From contig CAVQGX010000035.1 of assembly GCA_963712115.1 (NCBI GenBank), positions 1 through 19,394 on the forward strand: DNA of 19,394 bases, read 5' to 3'. The translations under genes and the position numbers were made by a program. Origin of the DNA: an uncultured delta proteobacterium (lineage in GTDB: Bacteria > Desulfobacterota > Syntrophobacteria > BM002). Positions 16,182 through 19,394 of this stretch are shown in pieces. Below the pieces are notes generated by a model, which did no database searches, was not told the DNA's origin, and saw only the letters and a list, made by a program, of their open reading frames with translations. The stretch's first letter is position 1; each line of letters starts with the position of its first letter.

Positions 16182-16652
16182 ATGGGAAAAAGGTTCGTTG
16201 TCCATGAGCATCATGCTTCCCGCTTGCATTTCGATTTCAGACTGGAACTTGAGGGTGTTCTGAAATCTTGGGCGATTCCCAAAGGGCCGTCCTTGAATCC
16301 TGCAGAAAAGAGGCTCGCAGTAGAGGTCGAGGACCATGCCTTGGAATACATTGATTTCGAAGGCATAATTCCAGAAGGAAACTATGGAGCAGGTGCAGTG
16401 GTAATATGGGATGAGGGTGAGTTTGAACTACTTGAAGCCAGTGAAAAGAAGATCTCTTTCCTACTCCTGGGGAGGATTATGCAGGGTGGCTTCACCCTGA
16501 GCAAGCTTAAACCAAGGGGTAAAGGGCCTGCCAAGGACTGGCTATTGATCAAGAAAAATGATGAACACGCCAAGCGGGACTGGCAGCTGACCCTTGCCCT
16601 CACTGATGAAAAAAGAAAACAGCTAGCCCGGATTTTTCATGAATTGCCGTAG
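16182..16652 (+). CDS. Stand-alone LigD-type 3'-phosphoesterase domain protein, C-terminus replaced by MITE sequence
   Basis: HHASRLHFDFRLE, SWAIPKGPS, VEDHALEYIDFEG, YGAGAVVIWDEG motifs; final ARIFHELP* is encoded inside the MITE. Confidence 0.9.
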   Translation: MGKRFVVHEHHASRLHFDFRLELEGVLKSWAIPKGPSLNPAEKRLAVEVEDHALEYIDFEGIIPEGNYGAGAVVIWDEGEFELLEASEKKISFLLLGRIMQGGFTLSKLKPRGKGPAKDWLLIKKNDEHAKRDWQLTLALTDEKRKQLARIFHELP

Positions 16653-16790
16653 CGAGACCGTGGAGAAGAGTGTGCCATTGGGCAACCGCAGGGGTGATCC
16701 GAGGCGTACTTGAACAGTACGTCGAGGGTCGACGCCCGGAAGGACTCTCATATCCGCGGTCGCAGCAGGCCATTCATGAAAAATCCGGGC
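16626..16790 (+). mobile_element. MITE family A, copy 2 (165 bp, uninterrupted)
   Basis: 19-bp perfect TIRs GCCCGGATTTTTCATGAAT / ATTCATGAAAAATCCGGGC; TA on both sides (16624-25, 16791-92); internal hairpin CGTACT-TGAAC-AGTACG. Confidence 0.9.
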
Positions 16791-16826
16791 TAAAGGAACG
16801 CACTCCACCCTGCGAAACTTTTTGAC

Positions 16827-17025
16827 TGTCCGTTGTTTGGAAGGCATAGGGCATGGGGCATAGGGCGAATTGGGATTTCGGATTGCGAATTTTGTATCTT
16901 GATTTTTTAATTTCGAAATTCCAAATTCCAAATTCGAAATCTGCCTTTCACTCTATGCCTTTTCGCTATGCGCTCTGCGCTTTGCGCCTGCAACAACGGA
17001 CCACGGACCACCAACAACGGACTAA
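16827..17025. repeat. Three nested heptamer inverted-repeat layers
   Basis: Outer GTCCGTTGTT / AACAACGGAC; middle GGCATAG units / CGCTMTG units; inner GATTTCG units / CSAAATT units. Confidence 0.8.
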
Positions 17026-17039
17026 TTTGGAGCTAGTAA

Positions 17040-17849
17040 ATGCCACACACATTAGCAGGAGACGTCGAAATCTATTGGGAAAGTCACGGGGAAGGTAGCC
17101 CTTTACTCATAATTAGTGGAGTCAGTGGCGGCACTTGGTCATATGAAGAGAGCATTGCTGCCTGGTCTTCTCGCTTTCGGGTCCTTGTCTGCGACAACAT
17201 GGGAGCGGGCCTTTCCAGCAAGCCTGATCGACCTTATACGATCGCCCAGATGGCGGATCACGCCGCGGCTGTACTGGATGGAGCTGATGCGAAGCGCGCA
17301 TACATTGTCGGGTTGTCCATGGGTGGTATGATAGCCCAAGAACTGGCACTGCGCCACCCAGCACGAGTCAGTGGGTTAGTGCTGGGATGTACTCATTGCG
17401 GAGGCAGTGAGCGTATCCCACCTGCGCCGGAAGTGATCCAGCGATTTGCTGATAACAAAGGACTCTCACCCGAAGAGATCGTTGATAAAAACCTTCCCCT
17501 TTTGGTTACGCCTGAGTTCTTGCAGAGCGGTTCGGAGTCATTGCAGCGTTACAGGGAAAGGCAGCTCAAAGCTCCCTGGCAACCAGACTACGCCCTACAG
17601 CGTCAGCTTGAGGCAATCCGCGGCTTTGCTACTTGTGACCGTCTCGCTCAGATCAGAACCCCGACCCTTATTCTCACAGCGGATCATGATCTATTGGTAC
17701 CACCGGAAAACGGCCTCATTCTGGCTAACCGTATACCAGGCGCCGAACTAGAGGAGTTCACTGGTGGTCATCTAATTTACCTCGAGTCTGCCGAGGTTTT
17801 TCATCAAAGGGTGTTGAGATTCTTCCAGGATTTTCGGTCAATAGGTTAG
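17040..17849 (+). CDS. Alpha/beta hydrolase (enol-lactonase/esterase-like)
   Basis: Nucleophile elbow GLSMGG, acid in ADHDLL, His in GGHL; GGAG RBS. Confidence 0.9.
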   Translation: MPHTLAGDVEIYWESHGEGSPLLIISGVSGGTWSYEESIAAWSSRFRVLVCDNMGAGLSSKPDRPYTIAQMADHAAAVLDGADAKRAYIVGLSMGGMIAQELALRHPARVSGLVLGCTHCGGSERIPPAPEVIQRFADNKGLSPEEIVDKNLPLLVTPEFLQSGSESLQRYRERQLKAPWQPDYALQRQLEAIRGFATCDRLAQIRTPTLILTADHDLLVPPENGLILANRIPGAELEEFTGGHLIYLESAEVFHQRVLRFFQDFRSIG

Positions 17850-17979
17850 GATACATCCCATAACCTATTACCTTTCGCGACACCATGCTGGTTTACCGAG
17901 TAGCTAGGCCAGGTACTCACCACAGTAGATGGCAAATCCAAAAGGAAGAAATGGGGTAACTACTGCACTGGCAGAAACG

Positions 17980-19385
17980 TGTTATTGACAAGTGATTTGT
18001 CCGGTTCATTTTGACAAATGAAATGTCCGCTCCATAGTTTTCAGTCCTCCCCCTGTTACCATGACGAGGCTTTAGCAACGGGGATACGGTTGGATGCCTG
18101 GAGTTCAGTGCTGTGAGTTACTTGTTTTGGTACCGGCTTTCCTTTGGCATTGTAGCGACCCAGCAATCTAGTACCCCACCAGACAGTGTGTGTATTATCG
18201 AGGTGTTTTCGCACAATAACACGTAAGCCTGCACAGGAGGCTCTTCCTGGCTGTTTGTCTATTTGGAGTCGCACCTTGTTCATGACCACAGTATTGTCTT
18301 TAGCGACAGTGCGACCTTCTTCGAGACAGAGAATTTGGTTGAGGTTAGCGTTGCCAGCAGTGACAAAAGCACTTTGTGGGAGAGCTGGCTCTCTTTTGAA
18401 TTCTTGATTGTACTGAGGCAAAAAGCGCTGACGCAGATACCGATTTGCCCCTTTGATGGTGGAGATTCTAGCGATTCGCAACTCATTAACCAACCGATCC
18501 TGTAGGGTGCGATTGATGCGCTCACTTCGTCCTCGTGCTTGCGGCGAGTAGGAGGGAATATGCTCTACGCCGAGACGAGCCAAACAGCGTCCAACTTGGG
18601 TGAGGTTTTCCTTGTCCACCCGACCTCCTGCCTTGGGAGTATGGAAGGCCCAGCTGGCCCGATCGGTATACAGTGCCATGGGGATCCCGTAGGTTTCTGT
18701 GACCTCGCCCAGGGCTGTCATCACCGCCCAGGTGGACTCTTTTTTCCACAGCTGGGCATACAGAAGACCGTTGGTGGCGTCATCGACTACGGTAATCATC
18801 GTTTGGTATTGCTCTGCGTTTCGGGCCAACCACCTATGACGGCTGCCATCCAGATGGAGCATTTCTCCAAACAGGGCCCGGCGCTCTCGTCTTTTGCGGT
18901 GTCTGCCGCGTTTACGTCTTTTTTTGACTAGGCCTGCTTCCTGGAGTGCTTTTTTGACAAAGCTGTATGAAAGGCTTACTTCATGTTCTCTGCGTGCAAT
19001 CCCATGGAAATGGCGGACATTAAAGCCCTGATATCGCTCGCGGTAGAGGCGAAGTACCTTCTCAACCTCCGCCACCGGTGCCCGACGGGGCGAGGGTTTT
19101 CCTGCACGACGGTCCAAAAGACCGTCATAGCCATAGAGCTCGTAGCGCCCTCTCCAACGCCTCAAACTACGTGGGCTTATCGCCAAAATGTCAGCTGCTT
19201 GTGTCCACTTCAACTGTCCGCTCATCGCTCTAAGGATCACTTCTTGAATCTTCATTGCCCGCTCCAGCGCGGATGGCCCGTACAGTTTCATAGGCAACCC
19301 TCCTCGGTTACCTTTGTACAGCCTTCCGCCGAAAAGCGGACATTTCATTTGTTAAAATATGCGGTCACATTATGTAATAACTACA
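17980..19385 (-). mobile_element. Insertion sequence, IS1202/ISNCY-like, about 1406 bp
   Basis: Ends TGT...ACA; about 50-bp imperfect IRs (17980-18030, 19336-19385), inner 23 bp match 22/23, each end built of two related repeats. No target duplication seen in the 9 bp of right flank. Confidence 0.85.
18056..19291 (-). CDS. DDE transposase (ISNCY/IS1202-like, rve fold), 411 aa
   Basis: N-terminal HTH, LHLDGSRHRW, YTDRAS, SPQARGRSER; ATG 19291 follows GAGGAGG, whereas the ORF-track start 19348 lies in the IR. Confidence 0.93.
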   Translation of the reverse strand: MKLYGPSALERAMKIQEVILRAMSGQLKWTQAADILAISPRSLRRWRGRYELYGYDGLLDRRAGKPSPRRAPVAEVEKVLRLYRERYQGFNVRHFHGIARREHEVSLSYSFVKKALQEAGLVKKRRKRGRHRKRRERRALFGEMLHLDGSRHRWLARNAEQYQTMITVVDDATNGLLYAQLWKKESTWAVMTALGEVTETYGIPMALYTDRASWAFHTPKAGGRVDKENLTQVGRCLARLGVEHIPSYSPQARGRSERINRTLQDRLVNELRIARISTIKGANRYLRQRFLPQYNQEFKREPALPQSAFVTAGNANLNQILCLEEGRTVAKDNTVVMNKVRLQIDKQPGRASCAGLRVIVRKHLDNTHTVWWGTRLLGRYNAKGKPVPKQVTHSTELQASNRIPVAKASSW

Positions 19386-19394
19386 TACCTCATC

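Noticed and set aside
17904-17978. Minus-strand fragment VSASAVVTPFLPFGFAIYCGEYLA* as the tail of a gene cut by the IS
   Set aside because: Only 24 codons with no diagnostic motif, and the other flank is too short to test.
19-18931. Remaining short or antisense ORFs in the track (e.g. 19-339, 2628-2828, 5874-6116, 6721-7233, 16623-16931, 16853-17098)
   Set aside because: They overlap well-supported genes or are translations of repeats and MITEs, with no recognisable motifs.
19350-19385. dif/XerD-like TTATGTAATAA
   Set aside because: Only 8 of 11 match to the XerD arm, no XerC arm, and it lies inside the IS inverted repeat.

Overview
Bacterial chromosomal window; gene content and repeat style suggest Desulfobacterota/deltaproteobacteria (inference). 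Genes in order: 3' end of a probable glycosyltransferase, LapA-type membrane protein, CPA1 Na+/H+ antiporter plus an unannotated 57-aa ORF (both enclosed by a 92-bp perfect inverted repeat), Ste24-like M48 peptidase, LysM lytic transglycosylase, cold-shock protein, an unannotated 39-aa four-Cys ORF coupled to a Lar-type Zn-ribbon/DUF4388 fusion, FHA-GAF-HD-GYP protein, a YVTN beta-propeller surface protein whose Gly-rich CFIATA tail is out of frame by 1 nt, DUF3617-like protein, single-domain response regulator, a TatT-P-Q-M TRAP (TPAT) operon, a stand-alone LigD phosphoesterase cut by a MITE, an alpha/beta hydrolase, and an IS1202/ISNCY-type IS. The main hidden signals are non-coding. (i) There are six sigma-54-like -24/-12 elements, and three have a TGGC-N6-GCCA palindrome centred 93.5-95.5 bp upstream, which suggests one shared enhancer regulon. 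(ii) MITEs and 7-bp-period hairpins are nested inside each other in many intergenic spaces. All family calls come from motif recognition by eye; no database search was run.
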